Source: Octopus sinensis (lineage: Eukaryota). From it: 64,000 nt of DNA. Both the position numbers and the translations under genes were made by a program. Shown one piece after another: positions 51,986 through 63,949 of this stretch. The first letter of the stretch is position 1. Each line of letters begins with the position of its first letter. The DNA lies in contig NC_043010.1 of assembly GCF_006345805.1 (NCBI RefSeq), forward strand, positions 62,930,001-62,994,000, written 5' to 3'. Below the pieces are notes generated by a model. The model had not been told where the DNA came from. It did not search any database and worked only from the letters and a program-made list of their open reading frames with translations.

Positions 51986-52509
51986 CTATTTATGTTAAAC
52001 TGTCATATGTCCTTTGGCAAAATGTTTTTTTCTCAATATTTATTTTTGCTTGCAATAGCCGGTTCTTTTGATCAAACTATTGTATCTCCAGCTGCTTCAG
52101 ATGCCAAGATATCAAAAAGTGTCAAAGTGTAGTACAACAGTTTTGCTATGGAATTGTCAAAACTATTTTTTCATTTTCTGAAAAAGCAACGTTTTGGACT
52201 TACGATACTTTTGCATAATAGCAACAGTATATATATTGGTTTCCTTGTATGTCTCCACTCTCCTGTTTTTGTCCCCAACTTTGACCCTTCATAAATCCAG
52301 AATTTATGGGAGCAACCGTCTTTGAAGACTCATGTCGTCAAATGCTCGAAATGAGGAGTAGATAAACAGCCGACAAACTAATAAATGGTCATTTCTCAGT
52401 ATTTACTTGTCCAGTTTTCCATCTTTTTATCTTGTTTACATATTTAACTCATTTGTCTACATATTTCATGTTGTTTACATAGTTAGTGACATCCTGTACC
52501 CATACATGC

Positions 52510-52542
<33 letters not shown>

Positions 52543-52602
52543 ATATGTATATATGTGTGTGTGTGTGTGTGTTTATATATATATATATATTATATATATA
52601 TA

Positions 52603-52835
52603 TAAAATAATAATTATTTGAGGGAATATTAATCTTAACTTACAGGGAAAAATTCAATTTAGTAATATTAAATCAAATTTCACACGATACAATATATATA
52701 TAAAAAAATTAGAAAAAACCACCTTTTATCAATTCAAAATGAACAATTAAATTACACCATCTACAAAATTACATATAATAGAAATATTAAAATTAAAATA
52801 ACAATAATATAACGATGATTAAGTAAATTGCAAAA
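52603..52835 (+). repeat. Unclassified AT-rich interspersed repeat
   Basis: GAGGGAATATTAATCTTAACTTACAGGGAAAAATTCAATTTAG...; also at about 31495-31700 and 59065-59165, each next to (TA)n. Confidence 0.8.
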
Positions 52836-52848
52836 AAATAATAAAAAC

Positions 52849-52882
<34 letters not shown>

Positions 52883-52884
<2 letters not shown>

Positions 52885-53270
52885 TTTTTTACTTGTTTCA
52901 GTCATTTGACTGCGGCCATACTGGAGCACCGTCTTTAGTCGAGCAAATCGACCGCAGGACTTATTCTTTGTAAGCCTAGTACTTACTCTATCGGTCTCTT
53001 TTGCCGAACCGCTAAGTTACGGGGATGCAAGCACACCAGCATCGGTTGTCAAGCGATGTTGGGGGGACAAACACAGACACACAAACATACACACATATAT
53101 ATATATACGACTGGCTTCTTTCAGTTTTGTTCTACCAAATCCACTCACAAGGCTTTTGTCTGCCCGAGGCTATAGTAGAAGACACTTGCCCAAGGTGCCA
53201 TGCAGTGAGACTGAACCCGAAACCATGTGGTTGGTAAGCAAGCTACTTGCCACACAGCCACTCCTGCGCC
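52883..53270 (-). mobile_element. SINE family A, full length
   Basis: Reverse-complement match. Confidence 0.9.
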
Positions 53271-55324
53271 TATATACATATATATATATATAATCATCAT
53301 AACCATCATTTAACATCTGTTGCCTATGCTGGCATGGGTTGGATGGTTTGACTCGGCTGGCACACTGGAAGGCTGTGCCAGGCTACACACACACACACAC
53401 ACACACACAGACAAAAATGCATGTGTATGTTTTTGGGGTTTTTTTTATGTGTTTTTATTATTATTTGGCCCTCTGTGAATAATAATAGTAATTATTCCTT
53501 TATCTTTATTTTTCAGGTCTTTCATCAGAGACGTTAAGGTTCCCTCTTTTTTTTTTTTAAAAACCTTGAAAGGAAAACACACAGTTATGGTCCCATGGTC
53601 TGCAGTTGGTGCCATGTGATGGTGTGATGTGCCATAGCTGGAGCAATCGTGCAACCTTGCAGTCTTGGATGGCCACTGTAATAATATCTTGCTCCTCCAT
53701 ACGACCAAAGTGGCACTAAGTCACAAACAGACATCTTCTACTCCATACCGATCCTGATTCGGCCAGCATCCGCTCCACTGGGACTACAGGAAGCAGAACC
53801 ATAGATGTATATATTTACCATTATCGTGGAAATGTAAATAATTCTAATAAACGACAACAAAATCACAGAAACAGACAAGAAAAAAAAAATACAATACCAG
53901 AACATTATTGATCAACTCTATTTTTGATAATTTTGTCAATATTGGACTAATTAACACTAACGGGTTGATTTGATTTTCAATTAATTTTTTTTTTTTTACT
54001 TCACCAATTTCTCTTTATAATTGTTTTTTTCTTTCTTTCTTCTATATTGCATTCTTTGTTACAAAACCTAAATTCTTTTCCTCTTCTGCTATTTCAAACT
54101 GTTTCTTGAAAGACGCTTTCTTGTCATATGCATGCACACACATACACACACACACAATATATATATACTGACGTATTTACACATATTCTTCGGGTCTGTT
54201 AAGAAACCTGAAGGGAGTTAAACGTTTGTGTTTGTTTCAGGGAAAATATTTTGCATTGGAATTTTAAGTGAAAAAGTTAAAAAAAAACCCAGAAAAACAA
54301 AGAACAAGAAAACGCGTTTAATTCAGTGGGAAAAAAAAATACACAAATATATTAAATCTGAGATTTACAAAAAACTATAAAAAAGAAAAACCCACTTATT
54401 TTCTTTTCAAATTTGATGAAAATATTTCCCAAGTTTTGAAAACTATTTCTTCTATCTTTTTGCCATCATTCCCTGAAATGAAAGATGAAAATATAATTTT
54501 CTTTTTTGATGATATTCTGAAAATTTTAAAAAAAAGAAAAAGAAATTGAATTTGATTTTATTCAAAACAACACAAAAACCACATTTATCTGGAAAATACT
54601 ATTTATATGTGTCGAGTGTATATATACATATATTTCTGTTTTTAAACCCCATATCAACAGGAAAGAGTTAAACACTGTTTTACATATATATATATATATA
54701 TATACATATACACACACACATATATATATACATATGTATTTGGTTGTTGATGGGTTTTAATTCTAACCAAATTCAGAATTTTACAAATGAAAAAAAATTG
54801 AAATTGAAATTTAAAAAATAGAAACAAAAGACCACTTTGAAATTCCCATGGTAACAGCTCCATCTAGTGACATATGATTGAAATATTTTATGTTTTATAC
54901 AAGACATTCTTTTTCTAAAATTCTTTATTGTTTTACCATTCTCTGTCTGTCTGTCTGTCCCTCTGCTACACCCACAAACGCACACGTACATAACCTTCAA
55001 GTGGTGTATATTTGCACCGCTAGAGCAGTTATCCACCTCTCGTTTGCAGCAAAAATTGATGTAACTTCACATCTAAACGAACTCGTTAGATTGGACTCCT
55101 CTTCAATTAATTTCTCAATCAGACTCATTTCTATTTGAACTGTTTTACTTTTCATTTTCTTTCTTTTTTTCTTTGTTCTTAGAATTTTTCTTTTCTATTT
55201 TTTTAAAAATCTAAACCATATTCCTAAACAGATATCTTTTCGCATCCTTCGGCTAAACCAGACTTTCATCCGTTCGTCTCATTAGTCTGCAACCATAGCA
55301 ACAACAACAATAACAGACAACAAG

Positions 55325-56986
55325 ATGAAGAAGCCACCACAGTGTGATATATGTGGGAAGATCTTCTCCCGCCGTGACAACATGGAGCGCCATAAAAACC
55401 GTCATCTGCACCGAGAGATGTTTCCTTGTGACCTGTGTGGCCGGGCGTTCTCTCAAAAGTCCTACCTTAAACTCCACAAAAGGATCCATACTGGGGAGAG
55501 GCCGTTTGGCTGTAATATCTGCGGCCACGCCTTCTCACGAAATGACCACCTTGTCATCCACATTCGCGGCCATCAAGGCCTGAAGTTGTTCAAGTGTGAC
55601 GTGTGCGGCAAAGCTTTCTCTCGGCGTTCTTATTTGACTGTTCACGAGCGAATACACACGGGCAAGCGGCCGTACCAGTGCCACGTGTGTGGCTGTGCTT
55701 TCTACCGTGGCGACCACCTTGTCCGACATCGGAGGAAACAGCACGGGGAAGAGCCCGTGACGACCGTGTACGTGACGACAGCCAGTGACGGCAGCCAGAC
55801 GGTGTACACGCATGCCAACCCGGGTGACCTTCAACCCCAGCAACTCAACATTCAGGTACAGATGGACGGCCAGGAACTGAAGTGTAACAACATTATTATT
55901 AACAGCATCGGGGAAAATATTGAGACTGACCAGAAGAATGCGACGTACACCGACTGCACCATGTGCAACACTTCTTGTGGTGGGACGCAGTGCTGCATCG
56001 AAGCGACGCAACAGCCAGAACAACAACAACAGGTGCAGCAAGTACAACAGATACAACAGTCACCACAGCAACAACAACAACAACCACAGCAACCACAACC
56101 ACAGCAACACATTATCACTGATTGCAGTGGAATAACAAAAATGGTGATTGGGGAGCAGATTGAGACCCCGATACAGTTTCAGAACTGTGCCACCATTGAA
56201 GAGCCGAAGCCTTTTGCATCAGTACAACGTGCAGTGTTGTGCAGCAGTGGTACAACTGCTGCTGACGGCACCACTACTGCAGTGACAACCGACAGCAAGC
56301 CGTCCGGCAGGACTGGTGCACCCGTATTGCTCAAATGTGAATTCTGCAACAGAGCCTTTTCCCGACGCGACAACCTCGAGCGCCACAAGAGCTCGCACTC
56401 GGTCGTCAAACAATTTGTCTGCAAGGAGTGCGGAAAATCTTTCTCACGAAAATCCTACCTGACTGTCCACAGCCGTATCCACACGGGCGAGCGACCCTAC
56501 AAATGCGAGGTTTGCGGTTTCATGTTTGCACGCAAGGACCACTTGTTGAAGCACCAGCGCAACAAGGACGGCGAACGTAAGCTAAACTGCATTCCGCAAC
56601 ACCTGCAACAGCAGCAGCAGCAACAACAACAACAGCAGCAGCAGCAACAACAACAGCAGCAGACCATCGATACGAAGGACATAGGCACCAATGAAGCTAA
56701 CATCCTGACCGTGACCCAACAAATGGCTCCGATCACTGGTGAGGGCGGTACTGTCGTCGTGCCGGTCAGCAATGTGCAAAGCTTGACCAACTCGAAAACA
56801 CAGCAGATCTACCACACAACCATTGCAAAACTCGGCTCAACGACCACCGCCATGCCCGTGTTCCCATCGACCATTGAAATCTCACCTGCGACCACACAGA
56901 TCTTTCCTACCATACAGATGTATGCTTCAACATGCCTGAATGTACCTCAGACTGTACGTAACAACACGCGGGACACAGCATGGTGA
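55325..56986 (+). CDS. C2H2 zinc-finger transcription factor, 553 aa, uninterrupted coding exon (5+3 finger clusters, Q-rich linker, Q19)
   Basis: Seven complete CX2CX12HX3-4H fingers (e.g. CDICGKIFSRRDNMERHKNRH, CDLCGRAFSQKSYLKLHKRIH) with TGERP/TGKRP linkers, plus an eighth finger lacking the last His. CpG-rich, higher-GC sequence in an AT-rich background. An in-frame TAG at 55283-55285 precedes the ATG, but that AG could also be a splice acceptor, so the true N-terminus is uncertain. Confidence 0.95.
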   Translation: MKKPPQCDICGKIFSRRDNMERHKNRHLHREMFPCDLCGRAFSQKSYLKLHKRIHTGERPFGCNICGHAFSRNDHLVIHIRGHQGLKLFKCDVCGKAFSRRSYLTVHERIHTGKRPYQCHVCGCAFYRGDHLVRHRRKQHGEEPVTTVYVTTASDGSQTVYTHANPGDLQPQQLNIQVQMDGQELKCNNIIINSIGENIETDQKNATYTDCTMCNTSCGGTQCCIEATQQPEQQQQVQQVQQIQQSPQQQQQQPQQPQPQQHIITDCSGITKMVIGEQIETPIQFQNCATIEEPKPFASVQRAVLCSSGTTAADGTTTAVTTDSKPSGRTGAPVLLKCEFCNRAFSRRDNLERHKSSHSVVKQFVCKECGKSFSRKSYLTVHSRIHTGERPYKCEVCGFMFARKDHLLKHQRNKDGERKLNCIPQHLQQQQQQQQQQQQQQQQQQQTIDTKDIGTNEANILTVTQQMAPITGEGGTVVVPVSNVQSLTNSKTQQIYHTTIAKLGSTTTAMPVFPSTIEISPATTQIFPTIQMYASTCLNVPQTVRNNTRDTAW

Positions 56987-57152
56987 ATTCGGCAGAAGAT
57001 GGTGATCAATAGTCAATAATAACAACAACAACAACAACAATAATAATAATAATGATATTTCCACCCCTCCTCCCCAACTGTATGCAAAATGCATGAGACT
57101 TGACAAGGTGCGTTAGACAACAATGATGGCTAATAATAATAATAATACAAAC

Positions 57153-57184
<32 letters not shown>

Positions 57185-57674
57185 CATTGTTATAAATACA
57201 TGAAAATGTGTGAACACACACATACGCATACATTCACGCAGGCACACACATACAAGAGGACGTATATGATGATATATTTATACATTTGTATCTGCATGTC
57301 TTTGTATACATATATGACTTCACATATATATATATATATATAAATACATACACACACACACACACATCTATACACACACACACATATATATACACATATT
57401 TGTGAATGTCTGTTTTTACATGTATATATATATATATATATAATCATCCGCCTTTCAATAGATATGTCACTCCGCTCTCTCCGTCTCTCTGTCTCTCTTT
57501 CTCTGGAAAGAGAATGTCTCCGCTCCTCTCCCTTCCTCTCTCCGCTCTCTCCCTGTCTCAGGTAAAGGACCACTCCTGAAAGCGTCAGATTCCTTGTCTC
57601 CCCATGACATTCAGATTTATCCAGACCCCAAGATCTCGATGTGTAATTTTGCCAACACAGGACCGCCTCCTCCC

Positions 57675-57941
57675 CCACTCAGACTTTGCATCCTGTATAT
57701 ATATATATATATATATATATACATACATACATACATATATATACATATATATGTATATATATATATATACATATATATACATACATATGTATATACATAT
57801 ATATACATATATATGTATATATATATATATATACATATATATACATAGATATATGTATATATATATATATATACATATGTATACATATATATATATACAT
57901 ATATATATACATATATATATATACATATATATATATACATA

Positions 57942-57987
<46 letters not shown>

Positions 57988-58017
57988 CATATATATATAT
58001 TATATATATATATATAG
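57675..58017. repeat. Long interrupted (TA)n/(TACA) microsatellite
   Basis: Direct reading. Confidence 0.95.
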
Positions 58018-59170
58018 TGGTACCAACTAGACTATCAGATGTGGTTATACATCACTGGTCACAGTGCACTTTGCATTATTTTCTGGCTATTGAATGATGC
58101 CACCCTGCTGTTTAGGCGAACAGGCCAATGTTCCTTCTGATCGGAAGACTATTCTGTTGTCTGGTACCCTATTTACAATTGACTGGACTGGTGCAACATG
58201 AAATGAAGGGTTTTGCTCAAGAACACAATGTACTGCCTGGTCCTGAAATCGAACCCATTGTCTAGTGAGTGTGAGTGCAGTACCCTAACCACTAGGCCAC
58301 ACGCCTTCAAATATATAAGTATATAGGTATTTGTGTGTATATGTTTACGTTTATATAGTATTGTATTGTGTGTGTGTGTGTGTGTGTGTGTTTGTCATAA
58401 TCTCTGTCGTAAAGTAATGTCCTACATGCTGTAGGAGATGTTTTAATACTGACCAACAAAACTCAGACATATTAAACAAATATCACACAGAGCAGAGAGA
58501 GAGAGAGAGAGGCAGTTGAATGTTAGTGATAGAAAGTTTAGACCCATGTATGATGATGATGATGATCATCATCATCATCGTTGTGGCGGTGGATTGGCCG
58601 AATGGTTAAAGTGGCAGACAGAATTCCTCAACAGCATCTCATCTAGTTCTTTACATTCTGAGTTCAAATCACACAGCCCACAAGCAGAGACATGGCTGTG
58701 TGGTCTAAAAATTCACTTTGCAACACCAGTTTTGTGGGGTTAGCTGCACAGTGCAACACCTTAGTGCAACACTCTTTTACTACAAATCCTGGGCCGGCCA
58801 ATGCCTTATGAGTCGATTTGGTTGACATAAAAAGAAAGACGCCCAGCCTACATATATATATATATATATATAATCTATAAATATAAGAGATGCCGGAGCA
58901 GGCTTCATCCCCAGTATCCGAAACGCTGAGTTTTATTATGACAACTAACTGATTGTCCTATATTATAATTATAGATAAATTCCTCTATTTACATAATACC
59001 GAGGTCTCATTCATTCTTTTGTTGTCATGTTATTACTATATATATATATATATATACATAAATAAATAATAATAATATGAGGGAATATTATTCCAAACTT
59101 ACAGGGAAAAATTCAATTTAGAAATACTAAATCAAATTTCACAAAATATAATATATATATATATAAATAA

Positions 59171-59259
59171 AATCCAAATGATAAGAGAAGTCCGTTAACA
59201 CATCGTTAACGAATCATTAAAGATGTGTTAAAGGATTTCTTTCTCTTATAATTTGGATT
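59171..59259. repeat. Imperfect inverted repeat (about 40-bp arms)
   Basis: AATCCAAATGATAAGAGAAGTCCGTTAACACATCGTTAA / TTAAAGATGTGTTAAAGGATTTCTTTCTCTTATAATTTGGATT. Confidence 0.7.
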
Positions 59260-60351
59260 GCATTTTACTCTTCTTGTATACAAAGGAGCCTCAAATATAG
59301 GCTTATATGTTCATTCAACTAACTTGAAATAGTAGCTAAATTTCCCTCAAATTACATTCTGTCACATTAAAAGAAACACACGAGGAAAATACTTTTGGTA
59401 ATAGAGTCCTCGAAAAGGAATAAAAGCAGGGAATGGTCATGGGTGGAGTGACTTTAATCCGTAAGTTTGCTTACTTGGGGTTAAACAGGAGTTAAATAGC
59501 AACTATGATGATGATGATGATGATAATAGCCTTGTAGTTAAACCACATCCATCATGGCCTGTCACATGTGGGATAAGAACCAACAAAAAAAACAAAAGGA
59601 AACTCTTTAAAAAAATGCTCAGAACTGCTGTCTCTCCTGCCACGACCACCACTACCACCACATCGTCTCCTCCCCCAACCATTTCTTTAGCTAACCCCCC
59701 TCTTCACTCCCTGCACCACCTCCCCCTTAGTTGTCTGTAGCTGGAGGTGGTTAGAACTTCTGAAGAATTTCCTTTTATGGACACCTCCACGGCCAGATTT
59801 CCCAGGACCCTCCCTGCCTTTCTCTCTCTCTCTCTCTCTAGCCCTGTCTCTATTACTCTCCTTCCCTTGTTAGGGATAACTCCTCACAGTGCCTTTATAA
59901 AAATATTTTATATGGAGGACAACAACAAACGGGACACGTTTAATGTCTCAATTTTCAAAAACAGGCTTTTTGTTGTTTTTCTTTTTAAACTTTCCTTTCA
60001 TATTATTATTATTATTATTATTATCAGTAAGGCATCAATATCACATTTTCAATCCTAAATCTAAGACATGGTGCCTGTGCAAAACCTCATCGTCATTATT
60101 ATTATTATTATTAGTTGATGTTGCATGTGATGTGTATTGTGGGGGGGGGGGGGACTGTATGACAAAGATTTTCTCTCAAGCTTGGTTTGCTCTGACTTTG
60201 GCTTTTAAACCCCGGGGCCACTTTACTTTGGTCACAAACGCCCTCAGAATGGCATTAAAGCTGCAACTTCCTGTCTCCTTTACATCGACACAATGGTCTC
60301 CCGCGCACTCAAACCCTTATTATTATTATTATTATTATTAGTAGTAGTAGT

Positions 60352-60472
60352 AGTCAAGACGAAGAGCGTGATTCGATTGTAAGATATTTTATTGAACCAT
60401 ATTTCAACAGTACGTCTGTCTTTATCGTTCAATAAAATATCTTACAATCGAATCATGCTCTTTGTCTTGACT
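60352..60472. repeat. Inverted repeat, 46-bp arms, 29-nt spacer
   Basis: AGTCAAGACGAAGAGCGTGATTCGATTGTAAGATATTTTATTGAAC / GTTCAATAAAATATCTTACAATCGAATCATGCTCTTTGTCTTGACT; only two mismatches. Confidence 0.9.
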
Positions 60473-61494
60473 GTTTACCTTTGTGAAGAGTTATGTCAAT
60501 CCTTTTATAAAATATTATTATTATTATTATTATTATTAAGGCAGTGAGCTGGCAGAATCGTTGGCATGCTGGGCACAATGTTCAGCAGTATTTCGTTTAT
60601 CCTTTCTTTATGTTCTGACTTCAGATTCTGCCGCTGAGGTCGACTTTGCCTTTCATCCTTTCGGAGGTCAATAGAATATAAATACCAGTTGTGCACTGGG
60701 GTTGATGTAATCGACTTACACCCATCCCTGAAATTACTGGCCTTGTGTCAACGTTTGAAACCATTGTTGTTATTATCATTATTATTATTATCTTTATTAT
60801 TATCATTATTATTATTATTAAGTGGTGAGCTGGCGGAATCTTTAAAGCATTGAACAAGATGTCTAGCAGCATTTTTTCCAACTCTTTACATTCTGCGCTC
60901 AAACACCATTTGAGGTAACGTTGCCCTTCATCTGTTCGGGGTTGATGAAATAGAATAACCAGTCAAGTACCCGGTTCACTACAACCAACTAACCCCTTTT
61001 CCCTCAGAATCGTTGGCCTTGCACCAAAATTTAAAACCATTATTATTATTATTATTGTTATTATTATTATTATTATTGTTATTGTTATTACCATCATTTG
61101 CAGTCAGGGGGAGCACATGCTGTGGAACAAAGAGGTGTGTGCATGGCAGCAACACGGAGCTTCCCGTGAGCTGGTTTTCTTTCCTGGTTGAAGCCAGATT
61201 CACTTCACTTCCACCATTATTATTACAACAATTGAGAAAGGCATGAATGTCAAACAATCTCATTCTTCTCACCTGTAACTGTGAGACATTCTGCCAAAAT
61301 CCAAAACAAAAAAATTTTTTTTTTTAATTTTTGATTTTTCTTTTTTTTTTAAACGAAAATATTCACTTTGTTGTTGTTCTTTAATTATTTCTCTGTTTTT
61401 GAGTTTTATGTATATATGTATATATATATGCATATATATAAATTTTTTTTTTATTTTCTCATTTGTTTCTTCTTCCAATGACCTGTCTATGAAA

Positions 61495-61776
61495 ATATAT
61501 TACATATGTGAATGTGTGTGCATATGTATGTATGTATGTGTTTGTACATAAATCTGCAAGTTTGTATGTTTGTGTGTGTATATATGCACACACACATACA
61601 TGTATATACGTGTATATATATATATGTGTCTATATACATATATATATATATGTCTATTTATATACATATATATATACATATATATATGTCTATATATGTC
61701 TGTATATACATATATATATATATATGCCTGTATATGTCTGTATATATATCTATCTATATACATATATATATATGCC

Positions 61777-61834
<58 letters not shown>

Positions 61835-62217
61835 CTATATATGTATATATATGTGGGTGTTTATACATATTTATGTATATATATATATATATATATATTC
61901 GTGCGTGTGTGTGTGTGCATGCATATATGCTTGTACATATATGTATGTATATCCATATCTATGTATTTATGGAGACTGCACACTTTTATTTTAATTTTTG
62001 TTTTTCTCAATTGATGCAACCACACAAACCTAAACCAGTGTGTTATTATTTGAAATATGTCGCTATTTTGCCATCACCACCACCACCACCACCACTACTA
62101 CTACTATTACTACTAATGCTATTATTATTACTACCACCACTACCACTAATATCACTGCAACTACTGTTGTTTTTAACGTTGTTGTTATCACTGCCTGCCA
62201 TATTATTATTACCATTA

Positions 62218-62249
<32 letters not shown>

Positions 62250-62250
62250 T
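61495..62250. repeat. (TA)n/(TG)n microsatellite followed by (CAC)/(TAC)/(ATT) trinucleotide tracts
   Basis: Direct reading. Confidence 0.95.
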
Positions 62251-63719
62251 ACCAAAGTCAGGGTTGCTAACACCTGTGAAATTCTGCACCACCACATAAC
62301 TACCACCATCCATTCTTTGTGTTGCTAATGTACCTGAAAAGTTTCGCTACTGTCAGAATGGTGTCAGCGAAACGTGTAGCCGTTGTTGTTGCTAACCAAA
62401 AGCAACACAGCTGGCGTTGCTAATGCTAGTTGAGATTATGGAATCGGTTGCAAATACTGTTGCTAACGATTCTGTACAGTTGTGGGAGCAGCAAACCTTG
62501 TTAATGCATGTTACTGCTCATTTATAAGATAGCTGTTTGTGCTATTGACAGTGTACAATTGTGAGAATAGGTTGTTGCTAATGCTAGTTACCATTAAGGC
62601 TGTGAATGCTGTTGCTAAAAGTTTTGCAGCTGAATCGTTAATGGTAATGACCATTATAAAACAACAGCTTGTGCTGTTGCTAATAGCTATGGGAACAGCT
62701 CAGTTGATGTTGGAAATGCTAGCTGCCATTATAAAATGATTGCAAATGCTGTTGGCATTGCTAATGGTATTTGCCATTATAAAATTGGCTACAGATACTG
62801 TTGCTAACAGTTGTGGGAACAACGGCAGTTTTTAAAGCAAACGACTGTTCTCAAACAGCTGCTAATGCTGTTGCCAACGACAGTTTGCAACTTTGAGAGC
62901 AACTCGACGGTTGTTGCTAACAAATGTTGTCATTCCAAAATAGCTGCAAGCACATTTGGCATCGCTAATGCAAGGATGGAAAGCACAGTTGTGAGTTAGC
63001 ATCAACAGCTACAGTTTCCTGATAGCAGCTCAGCTCCCCCCTCCCCACTACCAGCCCCATTGCAAGCAGTGTTGCAAGACTGCAAGAGAGTGCCACCACC
63101 GTTTGGTAAATGCTGGAGATTTCCATGGTTTAGCGATCTTGCAATTTCCGAGTCTCAATGCAGCTCCCTGCAATTGAAGAGACGCTCTTTCTTTATCAGC
63201 TGCAGTCAAACAGCTTTGCATCAGTTGCAACAATCACATGAGGTGCAGTAGCATTGTTACTGCACTCAGGTGAACCATGGAGCCATAAAGCTGGAAACGC
63301 AGGCTGGTGTGTGCTGCCAGCCAGAAACGCCTGTTCCTGATGCACCCTAATGCACAATGTTGTCTCCGTCACTGAGAGCAGCATGTATTTTTAGTTGCAC
63401 TACTTTCGCTTCTTCTAAGGTTGGGCATCTCTCCAAAACTGTTGTGAGTCGACTTGCAACATGGCATGGATCACACAACATCAAACTTCTTTTTCTATCA
63501 ATTTGTAACATTTATTATTTTTCCGTTTTATACACACACACACACACACACAATATTTTATACATCCAGACATCTATATTTTTTTTTGTAGATTTTAAAA
63601 TTCTTATTTCATTTTAAACTTGTTTTCATGTCAAAATTTATATAATTGACTCTGAGTGTGTGTGTACCATTGCTCCACTAATATATGTGTACATAAAGAT
63701 ATAATATATATATATATAA

Positions 63720-63949
63720 AATCAAAATAAGCGACAAGTATATCCAAGGTAATGTGGTGTGATCGTTTCATGCTACTTCATTTTATTAAGCACTGTAAGT
63801 TTTACATCAGTTTTAAAATGTCGAGCAATCTTCGGCCACTTATAGCTCGACATTTTAAAACTGATGTAATACTTAGTGTTTAATAAAATGAAGTAGCGTG
63901 AAATGATCGTACCACATTACCTCGGATATCCTTGTTGCTTATTTTGATT
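63720..63949. mobile_element. Foldback/palindromic MITE-like element
   Basis: About 105-bp arms (63720-63826 and 63845-63949), roughly 90% identical, 18-nt loop. Confidence 0.85.

Noticed and set aside
55535-56815. Antisense ORFs over the ZNF gene (e.g. 55535-56056, 173 aa)
   Set aside because: Shadow frames of the real CDS and of the CAG/CAA repeats; no domain features.
57585-58030. Long Y/I/C/V/H/T-rich ORFs here and at about 7.6, 33.7, 38.4, 48.8 and 61.5 kb
   Set aside because: Translations of (TA)n/(CA)n/(TG)n microsatellites, which lack stop codons.
62260-63400. Repetitive coding exon (VAN/LAT repeats) on either strand
   Set aside because: Motif copies fall in all three frames and every frame has frequent stops.
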